Source: Candidatus Zixiibacteriota bacterium (GTDB lineage Bacteria; Zixibacteria; MSB-5A5; JAABVY01; JAHJOQ01). Taken from it: a stretch of 48,281 nucleotides of DNA. The notes beneath the pieces are model-generated. The model had not been told where the DNA came from, made no database searches, and saw only the letters and a list, made by a program, of their open reading frames with translations. Location: the NCBI GenBank assembly GCA_020053015.1, contig JAGVNY010000140.1, positions 1-48,281 of the forward strand, read 5' to 3'. This document shows positions 8,500 to 18,870 of this stretch, piece after piece. Position 1 is the first letter of the stretch; each line of letters begins with the position of its first letter. The translations under genes were made by a program, and so were the position numbers.

Positions 8500-10431
8500 C
8501 TACCTCATCGACATGAAGAACGCGAGAACGACAATCGCACCGCCCAGAAACATCAGGGCGTAATTGCGCAAATACCCGGTTTGCATGACACGAGTGCTTC
8601 CGGAAAACGACTGCACCATATACGCAAGTCCATTTGCGATGCCGTCTATTATGGCGACGTCTATTACTTTCCACAGAAACATCGATATGACAATGAGCGG
8701 CCTGACAATGACCGCGGCATAGATCTCGTCAACGTAATACTTGTTGTACACGACTTTGTGGATGCCCGCAAACCGTTCTCTCAGACTTGTCGCAAGTTGA
8801 GGCCGCCGAATGTAAGCGACATAAGCGAAGTAGATCATCAGTAACACGAAGAGCACAGAGATTGTCATCAGCAGATATTCGGTCACGTGGGAGTGATGAT
8901 TCTCGCCGTGTGAAGCAAGTGCCGCGGAAGACGCGAACACCGGCTCCATGAAACGCTCGAAATGATTGCCGCCACCCATCGAGGCTGGAATGCCGATCCA
9001 TCCGCCGATTGCCGACAAGACCGCGAGTGATGCGAGCGCGAATAGCATGTTGCGAGGAGATTCGTGCAAATGCTCAGACTTGTGTTTGTCGTAACGTGGC
9101 TTCCCGAAGAATGTGAGAAACAACAGCCGGAACATGTAGAATGCCGTCAGACCGGCGGTCACGACACCGATCAGCCAGAAGACAACTCCGCCGTGTTCAG
9201 ACGAGAAAGCCTTCCAGAGTATCTCGTCCTTCGAGAAGAAGCCTGACAGACCGGGAATGCCTGCAATTGCAAGCGTGCCGACGAGCATCGTCAGGTAAGT
9301 AGTCTTGATCTTGGAGCGCAAACCGCCCATGTTGCGCATATCCTGCTCGTTGGACATCGCGTGTATCACCGATCCCGCCCCAAGAAAAAGCAGCGCCTTG
9401 AAGAACGCGTGCGTCATTAGGTGAAATATCCCGGCAGTGAATGCCGCGACACCGCATGCCAAAAACATGTATCCCAGTTGAGAGATCGTAGAATATGCAA
9501 GTACTCTCTTAATGTCATTCTGCGCGAGTCCCATGGTCGCAGCAAAGAGGGCTGTAGCTGCCCCTATTAACGCTACCACCAAGAGAGAAGTCGGCGCGAG
9601 CGTGTAGAGGACATTGCACCGCGCCACCATGTAGACACCTGCGGTTACCATGGTCGCGGCGTGAATCAAAGCTGATACCGGAGTGGGACCTTCCATGGCG
9701 TCGGGAAGCCACACGTACAGGGGTATCTGTGCGGACTTACCGGTCGCTCCGACGAAGAGCAGCAGAGTGATTGCGGTGATCACCGAACTGCCAATCTGGA
9801 AAGAACTCGCAGCGGACTCAAACACCTGACTGAAATTCAGGGAGCCGAACGTCCAGAATATCATGAAGATGCCAATTGCAAATCCGAAGTCGCCAATCCG
9901 GTTGACGATGAAAGCTTTCTTACCGGCATCGGATGCGGACTGCTTCTTGTACCAAAATCCGATCAACAGATAAGAGCAAAGCCCGACTGCCTCCCAACCT
10001 ACGTAGAGGAGCAGGAAGTTGTTCGCCAACACGAGAATCAGCATCGAGCCGGTGAAGAGATTGAGATATGTGAAGAACCGTGAGAATTCCTTGTCATGGG
10101 CCATGTAGCCGATCGAGTAGACGTGTATGAGGAACCCGACTCCGGAAACAACGAGCATCATCACAGCGGAGAGCGGGTCCAGCAGGAAAGCAATGTCGAC
10201 CTGAAATGCGCCTGACGGAATCCACGAGAATAGCAGAGTCTCGATAGAACGGTACTCAGGATCAAGCCCGAGGAGTTCAATTAGCGCTAAGACCGCGGCG
10301 ACGAGTGAAAAGAAGACCGAACCGCATGCGATCGAGCTGACTACGGGTTTCGGAAATCGTTTGCCGAAGAGCCCGTTGATCAGGAACCCGGCCAGAGGAG
10401 CCGCAGGTATTAGCCAGATATAGTTGGACAA
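8500..10431 (-). CDS. nuoL: NADH-quinone oxidoreductase subunit L
   Basis: GWEAVGLCSYLLIGFW, GKSAQIPLYVWLPDAMEGPTPVSALIHAATMVTAG, THAFFKALLFL. Confidence 0.97.
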   Translation of the reverse strand: MSNYIWLIPAAPLAGFLINGLFGKRFPKPVVSSIACGSVFFSLVAAVLALIELLGLDPEYRSIETLLFSWIPSGAFQVDIAFLLDPLSAVMMLVVSGVGFLIHVYSIGYMAHDKEFSRFFTYLNLFTGSMLILVLANNFLLLYVGWEAVGLCSYLLIGFWYKKQSASDAGKKAFIVNRIGDFGFAIGIFMIFWTFGSLNFSQVFESAASSFQIGSSVITAITLLLFVGATGKSAQIPLYVWLPDAMEGPTPVSALIHAATMVTAGVYMVARCNVLYTLAPTSLLVVALIGAATALFAATMGLAQNDIKRVLAYSTISQLGYMFLACGVAAFTAGIFHLMTHAFFKALLFLGAGSVIHAMSNEQDMRNMGGLRSKIKTTYLTMLVGTLAIAGIPGLSGFFSKDEILWKAFSSEHGGVVFWLIGVVTAGLTAFYMFRLLFLTFFGKPRYDKHKSEHLHESPRNMLFALASLAVLSAIGGWIGIPASMGGGNHFERFMEPVFASSAALASHGENHHSHVTEYLLMTISVLFVLLMIYFAYVAYIRRPQLATSLRERFAGIHKVVYNKYYVDEIYAAVIVRPLIVISMFLWKVIDVAIIDGIANGLAYMVQSFSGSTRVMQTGYLRNYALMFLGGAIVVLAFFMSMR

Positions 10432-10443
10432 GTCGTCTCTCCC

Positions 10444-10755
10444 CTACCACCGCATGATGTTGAAGTCGTCTGCATTGACACTCTCCCTGTTCCTGAACAC
10501 CGCGAGGATGATCGCCAGACCAACTGCTGCCTCGGCTGCCGCGACGGCAAACACGATGAAAACAAAGGCATGCCCAGAGACGTCACCGAGAGCTCTCGAG
10601 AACGCGATAAGAGCGAGATTCCCGGCATTGAGCATGATCTCGATTGACATGAAGATCACGATCAGATTCCTGGACGTCAGGACTCCCAGCACTCCGATCG
10701 CGAAGATCACAGCGGACAACGTCAGATAGTATTCCAGGGGTACCATTTCAATCAT
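10444..10755 (-). CDS. nuoK: NADH-quinone oxidoreductase subunit K
   Basis: SIEIMLNA and AVAAAEAAVGLAI motifs; start may be the second ATG at 10746. Confidence 0.95.
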   Translation of the reverse strand: MIEMVPLEYYLTLSAVIFAIGVLGVLTSRNLIVIFMSIEIMLNAGNLALIAFSRALGDVSGHAFVFIVFAVAAAEAAVGLAIILAVFRNRESVNADDFNIMRW

Positions 10756-11251
10756 CCAGTCTCTTCTTCGCGAGCACTACAGCGCCGAGTATAGCGGCCA
10801 TCAACAGGATTGATGTGGCCTCGAAAGGAAGCAAGTACTTCGTAAACAGGATTTCTCCGATCGATTCCACCGATCCGAAGTTCTCCGGAAGGCTAACAGA
10901 CGGAGAGCGAGATCCGTCTCTCAGCGCCACAATTACCAGCTCGAATGCGAGCAACGCTGCAAGCGCAACTGCTGCAAACTTCTGAAATGGGTGTCTATCT
11001 CCGCCGAATTCGTCTTTGCGCAGATTGAGCAGCATAATGATGAACAGGAAGAGAACCATTATCGCGCCAGCGTAGACGATTATCTGGAGTGCGGCGACGA
11101 AGACGGCAGACAACTGCACGAAGAGAATCGCCTGTGCCACGAAAGCCATGATGAGAAACAGCACTGCTCGCACTGGGTTCTTCTGGGTGATGACCATCAG
11201 GCAGCAGGCCACCGACGCGATTGCAGCGAGTATGAAGATGAACATTTCCAA
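10748..11251 (-). CDS. nuoJ: NADH-quinone oxidoreductase subunit J
   Basis: QIIVYAGAIMVLFLFIIMLL and YLLPFEATSILL motifs. Confidence 0.95.
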   Translation of the reverse strand: MEMFIFILAAIASVACCLMVITQKNPVRAVLFLIMAFVAQAILFVQLSAVFVAALQIIVYAGAIMVLFLFIIMLLNLRKDEFGGDRHPFQKFAAVALAALLAFELVIVALRDGSRSPSVSLPENFGSVESIGEILFTKYLLPFEATSILLMAAILGAVVLAKKRLDD

Positions 11252-11273
11252 GCGAGTGAACCTTCTCTTCGAG

Positions 11274-11756
11274 CTACTTCATGTAAGGTCTTCGTTTCTT
11301 GCGGATGAAATTCACCGGAGACGGCTTTGTGCGTGGCCATTTCACCAGCAAGTCTTCCTTAGTATAGATGAACTTCTCCCGCGCGTCATCAGAGAACTCG
11401 TATTCTTTTCCGAGAAAGATGGCCTCCTCCGGACATGCCTCTTCGCAGAATCCACAGAAGATGCACCGGAGCAAATTGATTTCATAAATCCTTGCTTTGC
11501 GCTCGCCCTTCTCTGTCTCTTCCGGCTCCATGTATATGGCATCCGCGGGACAGGCTGCCGCACAGAGTCCGCAACAGACGCATCTTTCGGAGCCATCTTC
11601 ATATCGCTCAAGAAAGTGCAATCCGCGATAGCGCGGAGCCATCGGGATCTTGACCTTTGGGTACTGCACGCTGACCGGTTTGCGGATCAGGTTCTTCAGC
11701 GTGGTGTAGAACCCTATGGGGATCGCAAGGATATGTCTCTTTATGAAGTCGTTCAT
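11274..11756 (-). CDS. nuoI: NADH-quinone oxidoreductase subunit I
   Basis: Two CxxCxxCxxxCP ferredoxin motifs (CVCCGLCAAACP, CIFCGFCEEACP); RYRGLH. Confidence 0.96.
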   Translation of the reverse strand: MNDFIKRHILAIPIGFYTTLKNLIRKPVSVQYPKVKIPMAPRYRGLHFLERYEDGSERCVCCGLCAAACPADAIYMEPEETEKGERKARIYEINLLRCIFCGFCEEACPEEAIFLGKEYEFSDDAREKFIYTKEDLLVKWPRTKPSPVNFIRKKRRPYMK

Positions 11757-11765
11757 GTCTTCAGT

Positions 11766-12749
11766 CTACAGCACAAAGAACGCCGTTACCATCACGTTGA
11801 TCACCGCAATCGGGAGCAGTACCTTCCATCCAAAGCTCATGAGCTGGTCGTACCGTAACCGGGGCAGAGTGCCTCTCGCCCAGATGTAGAAGACCTGGAA
11901 CGCTGCCACTTTGATCAGGAACCACACGATAGGCGGAAGAAACGGACCATGCCAACCTCCGAAGAACAGCGTGGTTGCGATCGCCCCGACTGTGATCATG
12001 TTGGCATACTCCGCCACGAAAAACATTCCGAATTTCATCGACGAGTACTCTGTGTGGTACCCTGCGACGAGCTCACTCTCAGCTTCGGGTAGATCGAACG
12101 GCGACCGGTTCGTCTCAGCGACGGCACAGATGAAATAGACGACGAACGCAACTGGGTTCCTGAACACGTACCAACCTACGAACGAGCCCTGCTTGTCAAC
12201 TATGTCTACGAGATTCAGAGATCCGGATAGGAGAATAACGACAACTATCGCGAGACCCATTCCGATCTCATAGGATATCATCTGGGCCGATGATCGCAAT
12301 CCGCCCAGAAGCGAATACTTGGAATTCGATGAATAACCTGCCATGATAATCGAATAGACCCCGATTGACGTTATCGCAAGTACGTACAGGATGCCGACGT
12401 TCAGATTGGAGATCACCAAATCGTACGTCCTGCCGAACAGCGTTATGCTGTCGCCGAATGGGACCACCGCAATTGAAAGGGTGGCCGGAATAAACGATGC
12501 AAGCGGAGCGATGCCGTAAATGAACTTGTCGACGTGCTTCGGAGTAATATCTTCTTTGAAAAGCAGCTTTATCATGTCGGCAACGGGTTGCAGCAACCCT
12601 TGATACCCAGCGTTCATCGGTCCGAGCCGAGACTGGATGCGCGCGACAAGCTTTCGCTCCAGCCAAGTCATGTATGCGCATCCCGTCAGCAGCACCGCGA
12701 ATACTGCGATTACCTGGATAAGCTTCACGATTAGGAACGTCCAGTCCAT
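11766..12749 (-). CDS. nuoH: NADH-quinone oxidoreductase subunit H
   Basis: WLERK...RLGP, AQMISYE, ETNRSPFDLPEAESELVAGY, RYDQLM. Confidence 0.97.
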   Translation of the reverse strand: MDWTFLIVKLIQVIAVFAVLLTGCAYMTWLERKLVARIQSRLGPMNAGYQGLLQPVADMIKLLFKEDITPKHVDKFIYGIAPLASFIPATLSIAVVPFGDSITLFGRTYDLVISNLNVGILYVLAITSIGVYSIIMAGYSSNSKYSLLGGLRSSAQMISYEIGMGLAIVVVILLSGSLNLVDIVDKQGSFVGWYVFRNPVAFVVYFICAVAETNRSPFDLPEAESELVAGYHTEYSSMKFGMFFVAEYANMITVGAIATTLFFGGWHGPFLPPIVWFLIKVAAFQVFYIWARGTLPRLRYDQLMSFGWKVLLPIAVINVMVTAFFVL

Positions 12750-12750
12750 G

Positions 12751-15363
12751 CTACACCTTAACGAGACTCACCATATCTATGTCGAAGTTGCGATTCCTGA
12801 GCGCATTGGCCTGCATCTCAGGGAAATTGTCCGGAATCCAGACGCAATCGTCCGTGAGTCGCTCAATGTATCTGACTTTTCCGATCAGTTTGCCCGACTT
12901 GTTTTCGACCTTTACAAGATCGCCTTCGGACAGCGCGTGCTTCGTCGCGGTCTTTGCGCTGAGACCCACATACGGTCCGTCCATGAATCTATTCAGACTC
13001 TCTGCCCGAGTAGTCCGCCCTGAGCCGATATGATGATCTCCGTTTCCTGTCAGAAGCACGTACTTATGCGCGGCGTCCAGTTCGGGCGGTTTGAATCGGA
13101 CTTGCTGAAGCCCAGCTGCGCGGTCAAGCGTCTTCCGAGCCGGTACTCGAAGTCCATCCTCCGGGAAGCCGGCAAACGAAACTCGGCTCTCCGGAAAGAA
13201 CCGGGAGTACTCGTCGAACACCTGCTCGGCGCAGCTATAGGCGAATTTGTCGCCTGCGGCAGCTGCGAGATCGTTGAAAATGAGCCATGCGGGTTTCGAC
13301 GAGCCAATCGGCTTGATCGCTTGCTGAAAAGTCTGCACGCGTCCTTCCCAATTGCAGAAGGAACCGGAAGTCTCCATGTGACTCGCCATCGGGAGCACGA
13401 CGTCTGCAAGCTTGGCGGTATCAGTAAGATACAAATCCGTCACAACGAGGAATTCGAGTTTTGACAACGTCGCATGAATGTAGTTGCGATCTGGATATGA
13501 CCGGATGGGATCGGCTGCCACCACAAATGTCATTTCGATCCTGCTCTCGTCTATTTCCCGCAGAATATCAATCGTATCGAATCCTGTTCGGTCAGGTACT
13601 CCACCCTGCCATACAGGTGTGAGAGCATCCTTCTCCGTGATCGACCTGCCAAACGGAAGGCGGTCCGGTCTCATGCCCAGGAGATAACTTCCACGGTTGT
13701 TTCCGCCAATCCTCTGCACCACGATGCATTTTGGTTCATTCTTCAAGTGGCCCGTGACGAGCGCGAGATTGTAGAGCGCAGTGAGGATCATGTCGCGCTG
13801 ATAGTGAAGAGCTACATAAGCGCCTGTTATGAAGACAGCTCTCTTCGCGCCGGCGATCTGCCTGGCAAGGGCTCGAAGCTCGGATTCAGAGATACAACAC
13901 TCGGCAGCAACGTCCTTGACGTCGAGATTGTCAGTCTCATTGAGGAATCTCTCAACGCCTGGATCATCCAGACCCGTCGTTCCGGGATCGAACAACTTCT
14001 CCTGCAGAACGATTCTCGCGACTGCCGTAAGAAGAGATATTTCCGTGTTTGGCTTGTGGACATACTCGTCCCCCGATCTCGCTAACCTTGTGGGAGCAGG
14101 GCCAATAGTAATCAGCTTCGCATTGTTGTATCGTTTCGCCTTCAGCAGTCTGAGAGCAGAGATCGGATTCTCAGTGTGGAGATCGGAACCGAAGATCACC
14201 GCAAGATCGCATTTCTCGAGATCATCGAATGACATGTCAGATCCGATCACTCCCAACTGCGTAAGCTGCGGAGAATGCGTCAGCTTGAGTTTGCGATGCA
14301 GGCGATGATCGATGGAGTTCGAACCGACGACCGAGCGCATGAACTTGCCGATCACGTAGAAATCTTCGTTAGTGCCGTCCTCGCCCACGAGAGCGGCGAC
14401 ACTCTGAGGACCGAGCTTCTCCTTGACCGATTTCAACTTTGCAGCAATAGCGCTGTAGGCATCCTGCCAAGTGCATTCGACAAGCTCTCCTCCCCGCCTG
14501 ATTAGCGGAGTCTTGAGCCTGTCGGCATGATGAACGAACTGATATCCGTAACGTCCGACATCGCAGATGAATCCTTCGTCGACCCGGTCGTTACGTCGCG
14601 AAGTAGCCCGGAATATCCTCTCCCGAGCCGTCCACAGCGTAAGGTTGCAACCATCGGGACAGAAGCCGCACACGCTCTTCTTTTGTTTTGTGAGCCAAAC
14701 ACGGACTTTGTAGCGCCAGTCCCGGTTTGTGAGGGCGCCGACAGGGCAATACTCCACGACGTTGCCGGAATACAGATTTCTGATTTCTCTGCCGGGAGGT
14801 GGGAGTATCTCGGTGCCGTGACCTCGCTCAAAGGCGCCGAGATCGTCTTCTTCGCATATCTCATCGACAATTCGGGTGCATCTGTAACAGTGAATACACC
14901 TGTTCTGATTGCGGATGATCTCGGGACCTATGGGCAGGTCGTCGAATGTAGAGTTCTCGTCGACAATAAATCTCTGCCGAGGCTCTCTCGTCCTGGCAAA
15001 GTCGAGACCGTAGTGATACGTGATGTTCTGCAGCGGGCATTCACCGCCTTTGTCGCATGTCGGGCAGTCGAGTGGATGATTCAGAAGAATGAACTCTATG
15101 ACTGCCTGTCTTGCCTTCACGACGCGCTGATTGCTCGCATACACAATCATTCCGTCTGCTGCAAGCGTCGCGCAGGATACCTGCAATTTGGGCCACTTCT
15201 CAACCTCGACAAGACACACTCGGCATGCGCCGATTGATTTCAGCTTCGAGTGCCAGCAGAAAGTCGGAATCTCGATGCCATTGTCGAGTGCAGCTTCGAG
15301 GATGGTCTTGCCGGCAGTCGTGGTAATCTCTCGGCCGTCTATGGTGAGTTTAATCTGGCTCAT
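12751..15363 (-). CDS. nuoG: NADH-quinone oxidoreductase subunit G (long form with N7 cluster and molybdopterin-oxidoreductase-like C-terminus)
   Basis: IPTFC, GACRVC, NHPLDCPTCDKGGECPLQ, RCIHCYRC, CPVGAL, and CGFCPDGC...ICDVGRYG. Confidence 0.95.
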   Translation of the reverse strand: MSQIKLTIDGREITTTAGKTILEAALDNGIEIPTFCWHSKLKSIGACRVCLVEVEKWPKLQVSCATLAADGMIVYASNQRVVKARQAVIEFILLNHPLDCPTCDKGGECPLQNITYHYGLDFARTREPRQRFIVDENSTFDDLPIGPEIIRNQNRCIHCYRCTRIVDEICEEDDLGAFERGHGTEILPPPGREIRNLYSGNVVEYCPVGALTNRDWRYKVRVWLTKQKKSVCGFCPDGCNLTLWTARERIFRATSRRNDRVDEGFICDVGRYGYQFVHHADRLKTPLIRRGGELVECTWQDAYSAIAAKLKSVKEKLGPQSVAALVGEDGTNEDFYVIGKFMRSVVGSNSIDHRLHRKLKLTHSPQLTQLGVIGSDMSFDDLEKCDLAVIFGSDLHTENPISALRLLKAKRYNNAKLITIGPAPTRLARSGDEYVHKPNTEISLLTAVARIVLQEKLFDPGTTGLDDPGVERFLNETDNLDVKDVAAECCISESELRALARQIAGAKRAVFITGAYVALHYQRDMILTALYNLALVTGHLKNEPKCIVVQRIGGNNRGSYLLGMRPDRLPFGRSITEKDALTPVWQGGVPDRTGFDTIDILREIDESRIEMTFVVAADPIRSYPDRNYIHATLSKLEFLVVTDLYLTDTAKLADVVLPMASHMETSGSFCNWEGRVQTFQQAIKPIGSSKPAWLIFNDLAAAAGDKFAYSCAEQVFDEYSRFFPESRVSFAGFPEDGLRVPARKTLDRAAGLQQVRFKPPELDAAHKYVLLTGNGDHHIGSGRTTRAESLNRFMDGPYVGLSAKTATKHALSEGDLVKVENKSGKLIGKVRYIERLTDDCVWIPDNFPEMQANALRNRNFDIDMVSLVKV

Positions 15364-16649
15364 TAGGTGAAGCTTGGCATCCTATTGATTGTCATGCACT
15401 TCTTGTGCTTAATGTGATACTCGAATTCATCGCGAAAGGTCTTGGTGAAAGCCCGCACAGGCATCGCAGCGGCATCGCCGAGCGGACATATCGTGTGCCC
15501 TTCGATCTTGTCGCACACATCAAGCAGCAACTCAATGTCATTCTCGCAGCCCTTGCCGCTTTCGATCCTGTCCAGGATTTGAAACATCCATTGCGTTCCC
15601 ATTCTGCAAGGCGTGCACTTGCCGCAGGACTCGTGCATATAGAAATGGGCGAGTTTGCGCGCAGCCCACACCATGCAAGTGTCCTCGTGCATAACGACCA
15701 CGCCCCCAGATCCGAGCATCGACCCTGCTTGGGCGACGGACTCGAAGTCGAGATGAACGTCCAGCTTGTCCGGAGTCAATACCGGAGTCGATGAGCCTCC
15801 GGGGATAATAGCCTTGATCTTCTTGTCCCCCAGCACTCCACCTCCGAGATCGTTGATCAGGTAGCTGAGAGGGGTTCCGAGCTCCAACTCATAGTTGCCG
15901 GGCCGCTTGACGTGACCCGAAAGACAGAAGATCCGAGTGCCGGTCGATTTCTCCGTGCCCATCTTCGCATACCACTCGGGGCCGTTAGTGATTATCCCGG
16001 GCACATTCGCCAGGGTCTCCACATTGTTTACGACCGTGGGGCTGGCATACAAACCCTCGACCGCAGGGAACGGCGGTCTGATACGCGACAGCCCTCGTTT
16101 TCCCTCGAGCGACTCAAGAAGCGCAGTCTCTTCTCCGCAGATATATGCTCCCCCGCCCGTGTGCACTGCCATCTCGAGATCATAACCTGCGCCGAAGAGG
16201 TTCTTTCCGAGAAAGTCCTTGTCATATGCTTCCTGTACGGCTTTTCTCATTTGTGCCGCGGGATATGCGAATTCGCCGCGTATGTAAATGTATGCGTTGT
16301 GTGCGCCGATAGCGAACGCCGCTATGGCCATGCCCTCCACAACTCTGTGCGGGTCTCTCTCGAGCAGCACTCGGTCCTTGCAGGTACCCGGCTCCGATTC
16401 GTCGCCGTTGCAGACAAGATATTTGGGCTTCGGCGAGTCCTTGGGAACAAAGCTCCACTTCACACCCGCAGGGAATCCAGCCCCTCCCCGTCCGCGCAAA
16501 CCTGATCGTTTGACGATGTCGATCACATCGGCGGGCTTTAGCTCTCGCAGTACCTTCTCCCAAGCCTTGTATCCGCCCGTGGAGATATATGTAGCAATCT
16601 TATGCTGATCGGGATTGTCGATGTATTTGAAAAGGACTCTGAGTTCCAC
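15363..16649 (-). CDS. nuoF: NADH-quinone oxidoreductase subunit F
   Basis: SGLRGRGGAGFP, NGDESEPGTCKDR, GAYICGEETAL, HESCGKCTPCR. Confidence 0.97.
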   Translation of the reverse strand: MELRVLFKYIDNPDQHKIATYISTGGYKAWEKVLRELKPADVIDIVKRSGLRGRGGAGFPAGVKWSFVPKDSPKPKYLVCNGDESEPGTCKDRVLLERDPHRVVEGMAIAAFAIGAHNAYIYIRGEFAYPAAQMRKAVQEAYDKDFLGKNLFGAGYDLEMAVHTGGGAYICGEETALLESLEGKRGLSRIRPPFPAVEGLYASPTVVNNVETLANVPGIITNGPEWYAKMGTEKSTGTRIFCLSGHVKRPGNYELELGTPLSYLINDLGGGVLGDKKIKAIIPGGSSTPVLTPDKLDVHLDFESVAQAGSMLGSGGVVVMHEDTCMVWAARKLAHFYMHESCGKCTPCRMGTQWMFQILDRIESGKGCENDIELLLDVCDKIEGHTICPLGDAAAMPVRAFTKTFRDEFEYHIKHKKCMTINRMPSFT

Positions 16650-16653
16650 TCTT

Positions 16654-17130
16654 CTATCCCTTTTTCCTCAGCTCGTCGATTATTGCGTCGACTTTCTCTC
16701 GCGTCAAATTCTCGTAGAACAGGTCATTGATCTGCATCATCGGCGCTGTCGTGCACGATCCGAGGCACTCAACCGTAACGACCGTAAACAAACCATCCGG
16801 AGTTATTGCGCCCTTCTTCACGTCGAGCTTGCGTAGCAGATATTCCACCAGCGACTCGGCTCCGAGCAACGAACAAGACAGATTGTGACAGACTTGAATG
16901 AAGTACTTCCCGACAGGCTGCTTCGGAAACATCGTATAGAATGACGCTGCTTCTGCGATCTGGATTGTATCGAGATCGAGTACGTCGGCAATCTCGCGAT
17001 AGACCACCTCGTTCAGGTGGCCAACCTGTCTGTATGCGTGTGTCAAAGCCGGCAGGATGCACGACCGTCTCTGCGGGTATTTGGGAATGTCAGCACGTAT
17101 TGCCTTAACGGTCTGCTCGTTGAGTATCAT
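16654..17130 (-). CDS. nuoE: NADH-quinone oxidoreductase subunit E
   Basis: SFYTMF, VCHNLSC and ECLGSCTTAP 2Fe-2S ligands. Confidence 0.96.
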   Translation of the reverse strand: MILNEQTVKAIRADIPKYPQRRSCILPALTHAYRQVGHLNEVVYREIADVLDLDTIQIAEAASFYTMFPKQPVGKYFIQVCHNLSCSLLGAESLVEYLLRKLDVKKGAITPDGLFTVVTVECLGSCTTAPMMQINDLFYENLTREKVDAIIDELRKKG

Positions 17131-18299
17131 CTGTCGACTTCTCCGAGCACAATATCGATTGAGCCAATTGCCGCGATCACGTCGGCGACCAGTCCACCTT
17201 TGCAGAGCTTATCGAGTGCCGCCGTGTGGACGAAGCTCGGCGGTCTCACGCGCATCCGATAGGGATACGGGCCGCCGTCGGACACGATGTAGAATCCGAG
17301 TTCGCCCTTGGGCGACTCGATTCCTTGATAAACCTCGCCAACCGGTGGATGAATGCCCTCGGTTATTATCTTGAAATGGAATATGAGCGCTTCCATCTCC
17401 TTGAGCGCCCTCTCCTTCGGGGGAAGGATTACTCCCGGAGCGTTAGCGCGGTAATCACCGTCGGGCATTCCGTCAAGCGCCTGCCGGACTATTCGCAGAC
17501 TCTGCCTCATCTCCTGCACTTTGACCAGATACCGAGCGTAAACATCGCAACCGTCGTTGGTTGGAATGTCGAAATCAAACTTTTCGTACGACGAATACGG
17601 ATTTGCCTTCCGCAAATCGTGCTTGATTCCACAGGCTCGAAGAAGCGGCCCTGTGAATCCGCAGCTCAGAGCGTCCTCAGGCGATATCTTTGCCACGCCA
17701 ATAGTCCGGCTTCGCCAAATCGGGTTGTTGGTTAGAAGATCTTCATACTCGTCAAACTTAGATGGGAACTCCTCAAGGATCTCGCGCACCCGCTGATCAA
17801 AATCGGCAGGAAGGTCTTCTGCCAGTCCGCCGAGCCTAAAATATGTCGACATCATGCGCTGCCCGGAGACGAGTTCATATACTGCCAGAATCTTCTCCCT
17901 CTCTCTGAAAGCGTACAGCAGCATGCTCATAGCGCCAATGTCAAGGGCATGTGTTCCGATCCAGACGAGGTGCGAGTTAAGCCTTGTGAGTTCCGTCAGG
18001 CAGACTCTTGCCCACTGTGCCTTGGGGGGGATTTCGACACCGAGCAACTTCTCGACGGCAAGACAAAACCCGAGATTGTTCGACATCGGAGCCAGATAGT
18101 CCATTCGGTCCGTTGTCGGAATGACTTTGTAGTAATGCTTCGATTCCGCGGTCTTCTCGATGCCGGTGTGCAGATAACCGATAATAGGATATGCTCGCAC
18201 GACTGTCTCGCCGTCGAGCTCAAGCTGAACTCGGAGCACGCCGTGGGTGGCAGGATGCTGAGGACCCATGTTCAAGGTCATCGTTCTGGCTTCTATCAC
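17127..18299 (-). CDS. nuoD: NADH-quinone oxidoreductase subunit D
   Basis: NMGPQHPATHGVLR, GYLHTGIEK, ESPKGE, DIVLGEVDR. Confidence 0.97.
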   Translation of the reverse strand: MIEARTMTLNMGPQHPATHGVLRVQLELDGETVVRAYPIIGYLHTGIEKTAESKHYYKVIPTTDRMDYLAPMSNNLGFCLAVEKLLGVEIPPKAQWARVCLTELTRLNSHLVWIGTHALDIGAMSMLLYAFREREKILAVYELVSGQRMMSTYFRLGGLAEDLPADFDQRVREILEEFPSKFDEYEDLLTNNPIWRSRTIGVAKISPEDALSCGFTGPLLRACGIKHDLRKANPYSSYEKFDFDIPTNDGCDVYARYLVKVQEMRQSLRIVRQALDGMPDGDYRANAPGVILPPKERALKEMEALIFHFKIITEGIHPPVGEVYQGIESPKGELGFYIVSDGGPYPYRMRVRPPSFVHTAALDKLCKGGLVADVIAAIGSIDIVLGEVDR

Positions 18300-18808
18300 T
18301 TGATGACCTCGGGTGGCTCTTCGATATTGTGAGAAAACTGCGGGACTTCATATGTAAGCGGAAAATCCTTACGCAGCGGATATCCGTCGAATCCCTCGGG
18401 TGTCAGAATCCTCGTCATGTCCGGATGACCCTGAAATTCGATTCCAAACATGTCATACACTTCTCGCTCAAGCCAGTTGGCGATATCCCACAGGCCTGTC
18501 AGAGTGGGGACCTTCTCCCTTTCTTTCGCTCTGATCTTTATTCGGACGTACGTGTGCGAGTCGAGTGAATAGAGCAAGTACACTATCTCGTGCCGCTCAC
18601 TGCGACCTGGCCAGTCAGTTGCCGTCAAATCGGTAAGCATCCCAAAGCGCAGGTCAGGAGATGTCTTCAGGTGGCTTAGAATCTCTATCAACGTGTTCTT
18701 CTTGACAATGATAGTCAGTTCGCCGCGAAAGTACGACGATTCTATGAGAGCGTCAGGAAAATTCTCTCTAAGCTGCGATTCGACTTTCTGAAGAACCACG
18801 TTGATCAT
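18296..18808 (-). CDS. nuoC: NADH-quinone oxidoreductase subunit C
   Basis: ANWLEREVYDMFGIEFQGHPD and GYPLRKDFPL. Confidence 0.96.
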   Translation of the reverse strand: MINVVLQKVESQLRENFPDALIESSYFRGELTIIVKKNTLIEILSHLKTSPDLRFGMLTDLTATDWPGRSERHEIVYLLYSLDSHTYVRIKIRAKEREKVPTLTGLWDIANWLEREVYDMFGIEFQGHPDMTRILTPEGFDGYPLRKDFPLTYEVPQFSHNIEEPPEVIK

Positions 18809-18870
18809 CTTGCTACACTTTTCACAATCAGCGGCGGTGGTCCCTAACGCTGAGGTGATTTCTCACCAGA

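Noticed and set aside
12751-15363. NuoG as a formate dehydrogenase or other molybdoenzyme
   Set aside because: It sits in canonical nuoF-G-H order and has no in-frame UGA; long NuoG proteins normally retain this fold.
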